From positions 1-59,734 of the forward strand of contig JBHIAG010000001.1 in the NCBI GenBank assembly GCA_046758465.1: DNA of 59,734 nucleotides, read 5' to 3'. The notes under the pieces are model-generated. The model saw only the letters and a list, made by a program, of their open reading frames with translations. It searched no databases and had not been told where the DNA came from. The first letter of the stretch is position 1; each line of letters opens with the position of its first letter. Of this stretch, positions 28,241 through 37,530 are shown in pieces. The position numbers were made by a program, and so were the translations under genes. This stretch comes from Terriglobia bacterium (lineage in GTDB: Bacteria > Acidobacteriota > Terriglobia > Acidiferrales > 2-02-FULL-67-57).

Positions 28241-29085
28241 TCAAGGACTACTACTACCTGCTGGGACTGCTTCGCAGCGCCGGGCTGGCTGAAATCAAGC
28301 AGGCCTACCGGAAGCTGGCCGCCTTATACCATCCCGATCGCGTAGCCGGGCAAAGCAAAGAAGCCCTGGAAGAGGCCACGCGAAAGATGATGGAGTTGAA
28401 CGAGGCGTTCAAGATTCTGTCCGACCCGGAGTGCAAGGCGGAGTACGACCAGCAAGTCGAACTCATACCGGAGCGTCCCCTGCCGAGAGCTCGGCGACCC
28501 GCAGCGCCGTCGCCACCGCCGAAGGTGGCCACAGCCCCGGTGCCAAAACCCACGGTAGCGCCTGAGTCTGCGTCAGCCGCAGCCGCCGCGAGCACTGCGC
28601 GCCCGGTGCGCCCGAGGGGGCCGCGGCCGGAGGTACGTGTGGATCCCGAATACGGCGCGCGCCTGAAGGCCGCCGTGAGCCGCGTGCCACTCAAGTGGAG
28701 GGAACAACGCCTGCGCGGCTGGCAGTGGGCCCTGGAGGCGGTGGAGCTACGCCGAAGCGTGTTGGTGGTATACCGTGCCATGGACAGCCTGAGTCTGCTT
28801 TCGGCGCGGGCGTTGCACGCAAGCCTCGAGGCAGTGCGAGAGCAACGAAAGAGTCCGCTGCGCAAGACAAGCATCGTGGCAGCGGTACACATCGGCCGGA
28901 TGATGGATGCGGGGGTGGTACGGGAGCAGCTGCAAGAGCTCGCGACGAGCAGCGAAGGCTTTCTGGGCAGTGTGCAGTTGGTGGTCGTCTTACGGGAGGG
29001 GAAGGGCCAGCCTGTCGTCTTCGGTCACATGAGCGAAGATGCGCGCGTGGCCGAACTCGTGCGCGTTGTGCAGGCGGTGAACTAG
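28237..29085 (+). CDS. J-domain (DnaJ-like) protein with a Pro/Ala-rich linker and an uncharacterised C-terminal domain
   Basis: J-domain read as YYYLLGLLRSAGLAEIKQAYRKLAALYHPDR (HPD present). Its ATG overlaps the stop of the ATPase gene (ATGA). Confidence 0.75.
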   Translation: MIKDYYYLLGLLRSAGLAEIKQAYRKLAALYHPDRVAGQSKEALEEATRKMMELNEAFKILSDPECKAEYDQQVELIPERPLPRARRPAAPSPPPKVATAPVPKPTVAPESASAAAAASTARPVRPRGPRPEVRVDPEYGARLKAAVSRVPLKWREQRLRGWQWALEAVELRRSVLVVYRAMDSLSLLSARALHASLEAVREQRKSPLRKTSIVAAVHIGRMMDAGVVREQLQELATSSEGFLGSVQLVVVLREGKGQPVVFGHMSEDARVAELVRVVQAVN

Positions 29086-30200
29086 GCGGCAGGGCTTGCG
29101 GGTGCCTGCGGAATCTGGAAGGAAAACCGGCTGCCTTGTCCGGCCTTGCTCTCCACCCAGATTTTTCCCTTGTGCTCCTGTACGAGCGCGTGGGCGATGG
29201 CCAGGCCCAGGCCGGTGCCACCTTTCTTCGGACCTCCTTCCACTTGCTGGAACTTGCCAAAGATCCGGCCGAGTTGGTCGGGCGGGACGCCAGGGCCACG
29301 GTCGATGACAGCGCATTCGACTCCCGCGGGGCGCTGGCGGAGCGCCACGGTGACCGTGCTGCCCGGGGGAGAAAACTTGACGGCGTTGCCGAGCAGATTG
29401 GTGACGATCTGGTCGATGCGGTCCCGGTCGCCCCGGATGTTGGGCAGGGGCTCGGGAGAATCAATTTCCACCTTGACCTTGAATCCGTCGGCGTAGGTCT
29501 TGATGCTGCGGACGCTGCGCTGCACGGAATCCAAGAGACTCATTGGTTGGAGCCTGAGTTGCATCCGCCCGGCCTCGATTTTGGAGAGGTCGAGGATGTC
29601 GTTAATGAGGCGGATCAAGCGCTCACAGCCGCTCTGTGCGATTTCGAGCAACTCGCAGATCTCCCCGCTCACCTCACCGGCGAAGCCGCCCAGGAGGAGG
29701 TCGAGCGAGCCTTTGATGGAAGTCATCGGGGTGCGGAGTTCGTGGGAGGCGATGGAGATAAACTCGGTTTTCATCTGGTCAATTTCTCTTGCCCGCGTAA
29801 CGTCGTGGAAGACGAACATGCGCCCGAGGCGCGTGCCATTGGGCCGGCGCACGGGAACACTGGTCTCTTGCAGGTAGAGGTACTTGTCGGTGCGATACTC
29901 GAGTTCGCTGATGGTGGTGGCCTCGGGGTCGGAGCCAAGGGCCTGCCAGCGGGCACGAAGCGTTTCGGGATTTGCCACGGCTCCGCCCATAATGGCAATC
30001 AGTTCCGCCAGCGGCTTGCCCAGCAAGGTGTCCGGGGTTACGCCGAGCAGGTGCCCGAAGCTGCGATTGGCAAAAGTCAGGCGGGTGTTGGTGTCGACGA
30101 CAAAGATCGCATCGGTGGCTGAGTCCAGCACGGCGCGCACGGCCTTGACGTCTTCGGCCAGCGAAGTTGCGCGTATCCCTTTGGGCCTGCGAGCAGTCAT
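29082..30200 (-). CDS. cytoplasmic PAS-domain sensor histidine kinase
   Basis: PAS region, H-box SHELRTPMTSI, N box (NLLGNAVKF) and G boxes (DRGPGV, GTGLGLAI). No TM segment seen. Confidence 0.9.
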   Translation of the reverse strand: MTARRPKGIRATSLAEDVKAVRAVLDSATDAIFVVDTNTRLTFANRSFGHLLGVTPDTLLGKPLAELIAIMGGAVANPETLRARWQALGSDPEATTISELEYRTDKYLYLQETSVPVRRPNGTRLGRMFVFHDVTRAREIDQMKTEFISIASHELRTPMTSIKGSLDLLLGGFAGEVSGEICELLEIAQSGCERLIRLINDILDLSKIEAGRMQLRLQPMSLLDSVQRSVRSIKTYADGFKVKVEIDSPEPLPNIRGDRDRIDQIVTNLLGNAVKFSPPGSTVTVALRQRPAGVECAVIDRGPGVPPDQLGRIFGKFQQVEGGPKKGGTGLGLAIAHALVQEHKGKIWVESKAGQGSRFSFQIPQAPASPAA

Positions 30201-30224
30201 GCACTGGATTCCGTATGGCTGGGA

Positions 30225-30626
30225 CTACGCACCGGTGTCGGGCTCAAGTCCTGCACGCTGCAGCAGATCGACGACCTGGGCTCGCAGCTTGAGCGGGTCG
30301 AACGGCTTAGTGAGATAGCCGATCGCTCCCAAGGCCAGCCCTCGGTGAGTTTCGTGCTCTTGGACACTGGCGGTCAAGAAAATAATGGGGATGGCGGCGG
30401 TGACCGGGTCGGCTTTGAGCCGCTGGCAGGCCTCATAGCCGTCGAGTCGTGGCATCTTGGCATCCAACAAGATGACATCCGGGCGAGCGGCTCGGGCCAG
30501 CGCCAAACACTCCTCACCATCCCGCGCCACCAGAATCTCCCAGCTACCGCCGCGACTCAGGCTCATGTGAGCCAGCCGGCGAATGTCCTCCTCATCTTCC
30601 GCTAGCAGGACTTTCTTGACGGTCAA
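30225..30626 (-). CDS. single-domain response regulator (CheY-like)
   Basis: REC motifs VLLAEDEED, DVILLDAKMPRLDG and TKPF. No output domain. Confidence 0.9.
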   Translation of the reverse strand: MTVKKVLLAEDEEDIRRLAHMSLSRGGSWEILVARDGEECLALARAARPDVILLDAKMPRLDGYEACQRLKADPVTAAIPIIFLTASVQEHETHRGLALGAIGYLTKPFDPLKLRAQVVDLLQRAGLEPDTGA

Positions 30627-30919
30627 GGTCTGGGTGCCTCGTGCACCTGGGCTCCATTGTGCCGATTGCCGCGCAGTTAGGCAAGCGGTGGCTGTGGGGA
30701 TGCCGGAAGCGGCTTGGTCTTGCCATAGTTTTTATGGTATGAGAGAAGCGGAATTGTACGAAGGAGAACGGGCAGAGGAGAAATGACGACCAGCAAGTCC
30801 TCTTTCATCTTCTCCAACAACTGTGTTGGCGCCTCATAGCAAGTTTCCACAGAGGTGGTTGATCGAGGGGATTTGTGTGCGCGCAAGTTGATTTTCAGCC
30901 CTAAGGAGAGCAGCAACCT

Positions 30920-31681
30920 ATGGCAGAACTTAGCGACAAGTTTAGCAAAGCGGTGATTACGGAGCGGCGGGACTTCTCGCACGATCTCTGGGCGGTGCGG
31001 GTGCAGGCGGAGAACAAGGTTCCTTTCAAGCCGGGGCAATACGCCACCTTTGGAGTGGTGGAAGGCGGAAAAGTCATCGAGCGGCCCTATTCCATCGTCT
31101 CGTCGCCGTATGAAGACACGCTGGAATTTTTCATTGAGCTGGTGCCGGAAGGGGAGTTGACGCCCCGGTTACACAAGCTCAACGTCGGCGCCGAACTGGT
31201 CATGCGCAAGGTGGCGAAAGGACGGTTCACGCTCGACCAGAAGAGCGGGCACAAAAAACACTTTCTGGTGTCCACGGTGACGGGTGTAGCGCCCTACTGC
31301 AGCTATATTCGTACTCTGCACCGGGATTGGAAGGAGGGTAAATTCCCCGCGGGATTCGAGATTTTCGTACTCCAGGGGGCGAGTCGCTCCTGGGAGTTCG
31401 GCTACCGGGAGGAACTGGAACGGCTCGCGGCCGAAGTCCCCTGGCTCACCTACGTTCCCACGGTCAGCCGGCCGTGGGAAGATAGGGGCTGGAAGGGTGA
31501 GGTAGGCCGCTGCGAAGACGTCCTGCGCAAATACGCGGACAAATTTGCGCTCTCCCCCGAAGACACTACCGGCTACCTGTGCGGCCACCCGCAGATGACC
31601 GAGAACAGCAAAGGGATCTTGCAGCGGCGGGGTTTCCCGAAGGAGTTGCTGCGGGAAGAGCAGTATTGGGTACAGAAATAG
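30920..31681 (+). CDS. ferredoxin--NADP(+) reductase-type flavoprotein
   Basis: FAD-binding RPYSIVSSP (RxYS) and an NAD(P)-binding segment LVSTVTGVAPY. AAGGAGAG RBS upstream. Confidence 0.85.
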   Translation: MAELSDKFSKAVITERRDFSHDLWAVRVQAENKVPFKPGQYATFGVVEGGKVIERPYSIVSSPYEDTLEFFIELVPEGELTPRLHKLNVGAELVMRKVAKGRFTLDQKSGHKKHFLVSTVTGVAPYCSYIRTLHRDWKEGKFPAGFEIFVLQGASRSWEFGYREELERLAAEVPWLTYVPTVSRPWEDRGWKGEVGRCEDVLRKYADKFALSPEDTTGYLCGHPQMTENSKGILQRRGFPKELLREEQYWVQK

Positions 31682-31688
31682 TCCCGCC

Positions 31689-31916
31689 TTACTCGATCAC
31701 GATATGGGTGTCGGTGGACTCGACGCCGTCGATGGCCTGCAGGCGGGCCAGCACGGTCTCGGCCAGGGATTTTTCGTCTCTGACCTCGACGAAGGTGAAG
31801 ACGTCGGGCCGACCCCAGCAAGCGTGGACTCCTCTCACCTCTGAGATCCCTTGAACTTTTTTAACCACATCACGGGCCTTGCCGGCTCGGACGTTGATGA
31901 GCACGTAGGCTTTCAT
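31689..31916 (-). CDS. stand-alone Lrp/AsnC-type ligand-binding (RAM) domain protein
   Basis: 75-aa protein MKAYVLINVRAGKARDVVKKVQGISEVRGVHACWGRPDVFTFVEV.... GGGAGGA RBS. A TTGGCT-18 nt-TAGAAT promoter-like pair lies upstream on the minus strand. Confidence 0.7.
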   Translation of the reverse strand: MKAYVLINVRAGKARDVVKKVQGISEVRGVHACWGRPDVFTFVEVRDEKSLAETVLARLQAIDGVESTDTHIVIE

Positions 31917-32077
31917 AAGTGATTCCTCCCCCAAAACTGAAGCTGATTCTACCGCGAAAGCACGTGCCGAGCCAATCAGTTTGGTGCGGCAGTCCCCGAG
32001 CAGTGTGGGTGGGTTGTGGATGGAACCTTGTGGCGGGGCCGCGGGAGTGCCGAAGTGGAACACCCGCGCGAGGCGGG

Positions 32078-32145
32078 GCAGGGATTCTCAAGATGTTCAC
32101 TATGTTCATGGTGTTCATCGTGTTCATGGTTATTAGACGGGGCGG
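32078..32145. repeat. left copy of an inverted about 70-nt element containing four TGTTCA units at 9-bp spacing
   Basis: TGTTCA at 32094, 32103, 32112 and 32121. Flanks GGGATTCTCAAGATG and TTATTAGACGGGGCGG match the reverse complement of 38036-38113. Confidence 0.8.
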
Positions 32146-32515
32146 AAGGAATGTGCTAGGTGGAAGGCCGGAGGCGGGAAGGAATGCCTCTCCGGCAGCG
32201 GGTGCCCCTCGACTACGCTCGGGGTAAACAGAGCACCTCTTCCAAACTGCGGGGTAAGGGTGGCGCGAGGTGACGAATGGGGATTAGTCGGCGGCTGCAA
32301 CTGTTTGCTAGGAAGGGGCTTGGCTGCACCAAGCGGGGAGGGGGAGGGAAAGAAAACACGGAAGAAACATGGCAAGGAACTAGGTTCTTTTCTCCAAGGT
32401 CGATCTTTTCAGCTAGTTACATTAGTCTCTGCCGCCATACTCCCTCCCCCCTCTTCCGGCAGGAAGTCGAAGATGTGGGTATCGCCGGAGGAAGCGGGTG
32501 TGGTGCCGTGCGGCC

Positions 32516-32896
32516 TCAAGGGCGGAGCGGGGAGTCGGGCCGTTCGCCGCAGCGGAGGGAGAGTTCGGCTCCCTCAGGGGCCAGCCCGAGACACTCGAAG
32601 AGATTGCGGACGCACTGCCCCAGGCGGTCGCCCTGGTAGCCGACGCGTTCGCACTCGTCCACCAGGCGTCGTGCCCATTCGGCCACCTGGTCGGCGACCC
32701 GGAGGGCAAGCGGGGCAGGCGGGTCCTCGGGGTAGGGGCGGAGCAAGCGGTCGATGGCGGTGAGGATATCGGGGAGGCGAGTCTCCTGGTAGGGGCAGGG
32801 AGATTGCTGGTATTGCAGCCAGCGCACAATGCGGCTCAGTACGGTATGGGCATGGGGAAGATTGATGTAGGCATAGCGGCTCGTGGGTTCAGGCAT
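32516..32896 (-). CDS. hypothetical protein (126 aa)
   Basis: The only frame in 32.2-32.9 kb with strongly G/C-biased third codon positions (read codon by codon) and a balanced composition. Divergent from sppA. Confidence 0.5.
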   Translation of the reverse strand: MPEPTSRYAYINLPHAHTVLSRIVRWLQYQQSPCPYQETRLPDILTAIDRLLRPYPEDPPAPLALRVADQVAEWARRLVDECERVGYQGDRLGQCVRNLFECLGLAPEGAELSLRCGERPDSPLRP

Positions 32897-33011
32897 CGAA
32901 GGCGGTCCTTTCCATTGTAGCGTGGATGAGGGTGGCGGGGGAGTGCGTCCCGGGGTTGATTGCGGCTGCGACCCGCTCTAAGATGGCTTTCACTCTAAGC
33001 GGAGGTTTCTC

Positions 33012-34709
33012 ATGGTGCGAAAGCGAACAAAAGTGATCGTGGGGATTTTGCTGGTACTGCTGGTGCTGGTGATCCTGGCGCGTCAATTGGGGCGCCGCAT
33101 TCCCTCGCAGACGGTGCTGGAGGTGCGGTTGGGCGGAACGATAGCCGAGGAGCCCCCCGTGGATATGCAGGCGCGGATGTGGACAGGAGACGTGCTGGTG
33201 CTGCAGGACGTCTTGGAAGCGCTGGAGCGTGCCCGCACCGACGAGCGCATTGCCGGGGTACTGGTTCGCATCCATCCTTTCGATATGAACATGGCGAAAA
33301 TCCAGGAGCTGCGCGCGAAGATCGAAGAGTTCAACCAAAGCGGGAAATTTTCTCTGGCCTTCGTGGAGTTTGCAGACAACACCATGTACTACCTGGCTAC
33401 CGCCTGCCACGAAATCTATCTGGTGCCCACGAGCCAACTGGGCCTGGTGGGCTTGATGGCGCATACGACCTTCATCCGTGGCACGCTCGACAAGCTGCGC
33501 ATCTACCCGGACTTCTACCACATTGCCGAGTACAAGACGGCCAAAAATCTCCTGACGGAGAAACAATTCACGCGCGCGCATCGAGAGGTGGTCACGGACC
33601 TGTTGCGGGGCTGGGGTGAGCAGTTCGTCGAAGGGATTGCCGTGGGTCGGCAACTACAGCCGGCCGAAGTTGAGAGGCAAATCCGCAAAGGGCCCTACAG
33701 CGCCGCAGAGGCGAAAGCGGCAGGGCTGGTGGATGGTCTGCTCTACGCCGACCAGTTACGCGAGGTTCTGCAAAAGAAGACCGGGACGGAGCAGCCCCTT
33801 ACCATAACGGTCGGAGACTACCTGGGACTTACAGAGCGCTACGGGCGACACAAGATTGCGATCGTGCACGCCACGGGTGCCATCGATGTCGGCCGGAGCC
33901 GCTTCGACCCGGCGCTGGGCCTTACGATGGGTTCGGACACGGTGGCCGCGTCCCTGCGCGCGGCGCGGAAAGATGAGTTGGTCAAGGCGATTGTCTTTCG
34001 AGTGGACAGCCCCGGGGGTTCGGCGATTGCCTCAGAAATCATTCGCCGCGAAGTGGCCCTGGCACGGGAACAGAAGCCGGTGGTGGCGTCGATGTCGGAC
34101 GTGGCGGGTTCGGGCGGCTATTGGATTGCGATGTCGGCGAACAAAATCGTCGCCCAGCCAGGAACCCTGACGGGCTCGCTGGGCGTGGTGTTCGGCAAGC
34201 TGAACCTGCGCGGGTTCTATGAGTTACTGGGGCTGAGCAAAGACGAGGTGATGACGACCGAAAACTCCAGCCTGCTCTATCCCTTCCAGAACTTCACACG
34301 CGCACAACGCGAGATCGTCCGGAAGTTAATGCGGCAGGTCTATGACGACTTTCTGGCTGGGGTCTCCGAGGGTCGCAATTTGCCGGTGGAGGAAGTGGAT
34401 CGGATCGGCAAAGGGCGTGTCTGGCTGGGCGCGAAGGCCAAAGAATTGGGGCTGGTGGACGAGTTAGGCGGACTCGAGCGGGCCGTAGCCCTGGCCAAGG
34501 AGCTGGCCAACATCCCGGCCGAAGAAAGCGTCAGCTACGTCATCTACCCGCGGCCGAAAACGACCTGGGATCAGTTTTTGGAGTTGTGGGGCACGGTGGC
34601 CCATCCACAACCCGGCGGCGGGTTGCGGGGCTGGTTCGATCCAGCCAACTCCTTGCTGGCGCGCCAGACGGTGATGGCGCTGATGCCGTTCGAGCTGAAA
34701 CTGCGCTAG
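33012..34709 (+). CDS. sppA: signal peptide peptidase SppA, 67K type
   Basis: N-terminal TM segment and two S49 peptidase halves. Second half carries DSPGGSAIASE and MSDVAGSGGYWIA (catalytic Ser context). Confidence 0.9.
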   Translation: MVRKRTKVIVGILLVLLVLVILARQLGRRIPSQTVLEVRLGGTIAEEPPVDMQARMWTGDVLVLQDVLEALERARTDERIAGVLVRIHPFDMNMAKIQELRAKIEEFNQSGKFSLAFVEFADNTMYYLATACHEIYLVPTSQLGLVGLMAHTTFIRGTLDKLRIYPDFYHIAEYKTAKNLLTEKQFTRAHREVVTDLLRGWGEQFVEGIAVGRQLQPAEVERQIRKGPYSAAEAKAAGLVDGLLYADQLREVLQKKTGTEQPLTITVGDYLGLTERYGRHKIAIVHATGAIDVGRSRFDPALGLTMGSDTVAASLRAARKDELVKAIVFRVDSPGGSAIASEIIRREVALAREQKPVVASMSDVAGSGGYWIAMSANKIVAQPGTLTGSLGVVFGKLNLRGFYELLGLSKDEVMTTENSSLLYPFQNFTRAQREIVRKLMRQVYDDFLAGVSEGRNLPVEEVDRIGKGRVWLGAKAKELGLVDELGGLERAVALAKELANIPAEESVSYVIYPRPKTTWDQFLELWGTVAHPQPGGGLRGWFDPANSLLARQTVMALMPFELKLR

Positions 34710-34734
34710 ATTGTTCGGCAGCCTGTCGCTCTGT

Positions 34735-35403
34735 CTAGCGCAGGTAGAGGTTCTTGTCGCGGATGTAGGCCGCCACGGCGGGCGGAACCAGCGCTTCGAG
34801 CGACTCGCCTTTTCGGCAGGCTTCCCGCACCCGCGAGGCGGAGATGCCCTGGTAGTTGGCTGGCATCTCGAGAGCATGGAGACGCGCGACGAAGGGCGCG
34901 AGATGCGGGTCTTCAGGCCAGCGAAGCTCACCCTGGCGGCGCGCCACCACGAGGTCAAAGCGCTCGAACATTTCCCGCAAGGCTGCCGCGCGGTCTGGGT
35001 AGTCCCATAGCAAGATTCGTTCGGCCGCGTCGGCTCCAACCAAAAAGAACAAATGAGCGTCGGGCGGGTAGTGGGGTGCCAGTGCGCGCGCGATGTCGAG
35101 AAAGAGCCCGTGGGTAGAGACACCAAGGGAGAAGTGAGGGCAAGGGGCGAGGGCTGCCTGGAGCATCGCGACGCGATCGTCGAAGCCCGCTGCCTCGGGC
35201 TGGCGGTGGGGAAGTTGCTCGGGCAGGACGAAGAGAACTTCATTGAGGTGGAAGGGTTTCTGTGCGTGCTGCGCGAGGGCGAGGTGAGCTCGGGTGATGG
35301 GGTTGAAGGTGCCGCCGAGCACGCCGAGGGCGGGCCGAGGAGCGTCCGGCGCAATGCCTTGCGGGGCGCGGCGCAGAAAGCGAAGAGAAGGGAGCGGAGT
35401 CAT
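34735..35403 (-). CDS. nadD: nicotinate-nucleotide adenylyltransferase-like
   Basis: Nucleotidyltransferase motif GVLGGTFNPITRAH and C-terminal ISASRVRE. The internal ATG at 35403 is preferred over the ORF start at 35688, whose extension is Arg/Pro/Ser-rich. Confidence 0.78.
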   Translation of the reverse strand: MTPLPSLRFLRRAPQGIAPDAPRPALGVLGGTFNPITRAHLALAQHAQKPFHLNEVLFVLPEQLPHRQPEAAGFDDRVAMLQAALAPCPHFSLGVSTHGLFLDIARALAPHYPPDAHLFFLVGADAAERILLWDYPDRAAALREMFERFDLVVARRQGELRWPEDPHLAPFVARLHALEMPANYQGISASRVREACRKGESLEALVPPAVAAYIRDKNLYLR

Positions 35404-35419
35404 CCTGCGCGGGTTGGGT

Positions 35420-36295
35420 TCAAGGCCAGGAGACTTCAATCCACACCGGCTTGTGGTCGGAGCCCTGGACGCTGCGGGCGACACCGGCGGCGTGTACCTG
35501 GAGTCCGCGAATATAAATCGTGTCCAGGCGAAAGCCGAGCAGGAAGCGGCGGGCAGTCGAGCCCGCCTCCGACAGTGGAGCCTCGAAGCCATGCTCGCGC
35601 ATGAACCTATCCACGGTCCCGGCTTGACCGGAGTAGAAAATGGGAAAGCTGTGGCTGAGCCAGCGGACGGGCGCGGTATTGAAATCACCGCCGACGACGA
35701 CGCGGGGCACAGCCTCGGCGCGGGCCCGCTCCGCTACGGGACGAAGCTGCTCGCGGCGGTCGTCGAGATTCAGGCGAGTATCCAGGTGAAGATTATAGAC
35801 GCGCAGGGAGTTCGAGCCGACCTGAAGGGTCGCGGCCAGGGCGATGCGGCGCCGGGTGCGGTGACCCAGGTCGTACTGCGGAAGAGGAATCACTTCGACG
35901 TCGCGCAGGGGATAGCGGCTGAGGATGGCGAGCCCGTGGGTGCCGCCGGTGTCGGTGGTGCGCGCCGGCGCATAGACGTAGTTGAGTTCGAGGGCAGTGG
36001 CAAGTTGGGCGGTGCGCGAGGAGCCTTCGCTGGGATGGTCCTCGATCTCCTGAATCAAGAAGACGTCGGCCTGGGCCAGTTCTTCGCCGTTGCGGATGTT
36101 TTCGGCCAGTTGGAGAGGCTGGTGCGCATAGTACACGTTGAAGGAGACGATGTGCAGGGTGTTGGGTGGAGGAGCAGGAACGGGGTGGGGGTTCGCGATC
36201 TCAGGCATGAAGTCGGCCGGAGGAGGACTCTGTCCGGCGGCGCTCCAGGCGAGCAGAGTGAGAAGAAGAGCGGCAACCAAGTGCGTGGCTTTCAC
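35420..36295 (-). CDS. secreted endonuclease/exonuclease/phosphatase (EEP) family protein
   Basis: Signal peptide MKATHLVAALLLTLLAWSAAG. EEP-like blocks SFNVYY, FLIQE, GGDFN and SDHKP. Confidence 0.85.
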   Translation of the reverse strand: MKATHLVAALLLTLLAWSAAGQSPPPADFMPEIANPHPVPAPPPNTLHIVSFNVYYAHQPLQLAENIRNGEELAQADVFLIQEIEDHPSEGSSRTAQLATALELNYVYAPARTTDTGGTHGLAILSRYPLRDVEVIPLPQYDLGHRTRRRIALAATLQVGSNSLRVYNLHLDTRLNLDDRREQLRPVAERARAEAVPRVVVGGDFNTAPVRWLSHSFPIFYSGQAGTVDRFMREHGFEAPLSEAGSTARRFLLGFRLDTIYIRGLQVHAAGVARSVQGSDHKPVWIEVSWP

Positions 36296-36303
36296 TGTCT
36301 CCC

Positions 36304-37488
36304 CTACCGCGAGCGCACTCTGCCCGATGGCACGGCGCCCAGTTTTTCCGCGACTTCCACGGCGAAGGGCTTGCTGGCCTCGCCAAAGTAGACCGACAGG
36401 TGCGGATAGGGAATTTCGATGCCGCGGGCATCAAAGGCGTTCTTGATGCGCCGGCGCAGTTCGCGGCCCACCGCCCACTGCTGGATGGGCGCAGTCTTAA
36501 TGCGGGCTTTGATGACCACAGCCGAGTCGGCGAAGTCATCCACGCCGAGAATTTCCAGGGGTTCGAGAATCTTGTCGGCAAAGGCGGGGTCAGCCTGCAG
36601 TTCCGCGCCGACCTCTTTCACCACTTCCATCACGCGGTCCACGTTTTCCTTGTAGGCTACGCCTAGGTCGATTACGTAGTAGGAAAAATCTTTGGTCATA
36701 TTCGACAGTTCATTGATGGCTCCGTTGGGGAACACGTGCACCGTGCCGTCCAAGCCGCGGAGCACAATCGTGCGCAGGCGAATCGCTTCCACCAGCCCGC
36801 CCTTGCCGTTGATGATGGCCACGTCGCCGACCCGCACTTGGTCTTCCGCGATTAGAAACAAGCCGGAGATGACGTCGCGCACCAGATTCTGCGCCCCGAA
36901 GCCCACGGCGAGACCAGCGATGCCAGCGCCGGTGAGGATGGGCGTGATGTCCACGCCCAGTTCGCGCAGGACGATCAAAACCGCAATGCTCATGGTCAAA
37001 AGGGTGGTGAGCATGCGGAGCAGGCGGGTGATGGTCTCGGTGCGCTTCCGCCGTTCCGTGAGTTCGGCCAGCGGGCCCTTTCGCGGAACAACAAAGATCG
37101 GCAGCCGGGCGATGAGGAGGTGGAGTGTGCGACTCAGGACGAACGCCCCACCCAGCACGAACAGGATGCGAACTCCGGGCCCCGCGAGCCAGCCCGCCAC
37201 TTGCTCCCAGGTCAGTTGCGGGAAGCCGCCGATGCCGAGGCTGCGCAAGATGATGAAGACAGCAGCGATACTGGAGACGATTGCAATGGTCCGGCGAACA
37301 AACCGGGCCAACTGCCCGGCCCAGCGTTCAATTTCTTCGAAGTGCTCACGGTCTTTCTCTTCCATTCGCCGGGCCAGCCGCCGGATAGCACGTGTGGCGA
37401 GCCACAGGCCTACCAACGTCAGCCCCAGCACGCCCACCACGGCGATCAATGTGGGCAGCAATGCTTTCAGTGTGATTCCTTCCGGCAT
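36304..37488 (-). CDS. MscS-family mechanosensitive channel
   Basis: N-terminal TM helices and the conserved MscS beta-domain (LFLIAEDQVRVGDVAIINGKGGLVEAIRLRTIVLRGLDGTVHVFPNG). Confidence 0.9.
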   Translation of the reverse strand: MPEGITLKALLPTLIAVVGVLGLTLVGLWLATRAIRRLARRMEEKDREHFEEIERWAGQLARFVRRTIAIVSSIAAVFIILRSLGIGGFPQLTWEQVAGWLAGPGVRILFVLGGAFVLSRTLHLLIARLPIFVVPRKGPLAELTERRKRTETITRLLRMLTTLLTMSIAVLIVLRELGVDITPILTGAGIAGLAVGFGAQNLVRDVISGLFLIAEDQVRVGDVAIINGKGGLVEAIRLRTIVLRGLDGTVHVFPNGAINELSNMTKDFSYYVIDLGVAYKENVDRVMEVVKEVGAELQADPAFADKILEPLEILGVDDFADSAVVIKARIKTAPIQQWAVGRELRRRIKNAFDARGIEIPYPHLSVYFGEASKPFAVEVAEKLGAVPSGRVRSR

Positions 37489-37530
37489 CAGTCCTCCCGC
37501 TGGCGATGGCTCAGCCGAGGCAACGCCATT

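Noticed and set aside
31870-32127. An 85-codon ORF starting MNTMNTMNIVNIL (and its 39-codon counterpart at 38058 on the plus strand) as real protein genes.
   Set aside because: There is no Shine-Dalgarno sequence. Similarity between the two ends after about 16 codons, exactly where the nucleotide repeat ends. The long version runs into the start of the RAM-domain gene in another frame. The idea is kept only as a low-probability leader-peptide hypothesis inside the repeat finding.
32090-32130. The TGTTCA arrays considered as a CRISPR array, or as LexA boxes of the GTTC-N7-GTTC direct-repeat type.
   Set aside because: The units are only 9 bp with no spacers, so this is not a CRISPR array. The GTTC-to-GTTC spacing is N5 (period 9) rather than the N7 (period 11) of the alphaproteobacterial-type LexA box. 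No SOS gene is adjacent.
32133-32763. ORFs 32133..32375 (-), 32260..32763 (+), 32277..32639 (+) and 32422..32829 (-) as genes filling the 31.9-32.5 kb gap.
   Set aside because: They are low-complexity Gly/Arg/Pro/Ser translations, mutually overlapping and without RBS. Only the 32516..32896 (-) frame shows the third-position G/C bias of real genes here.
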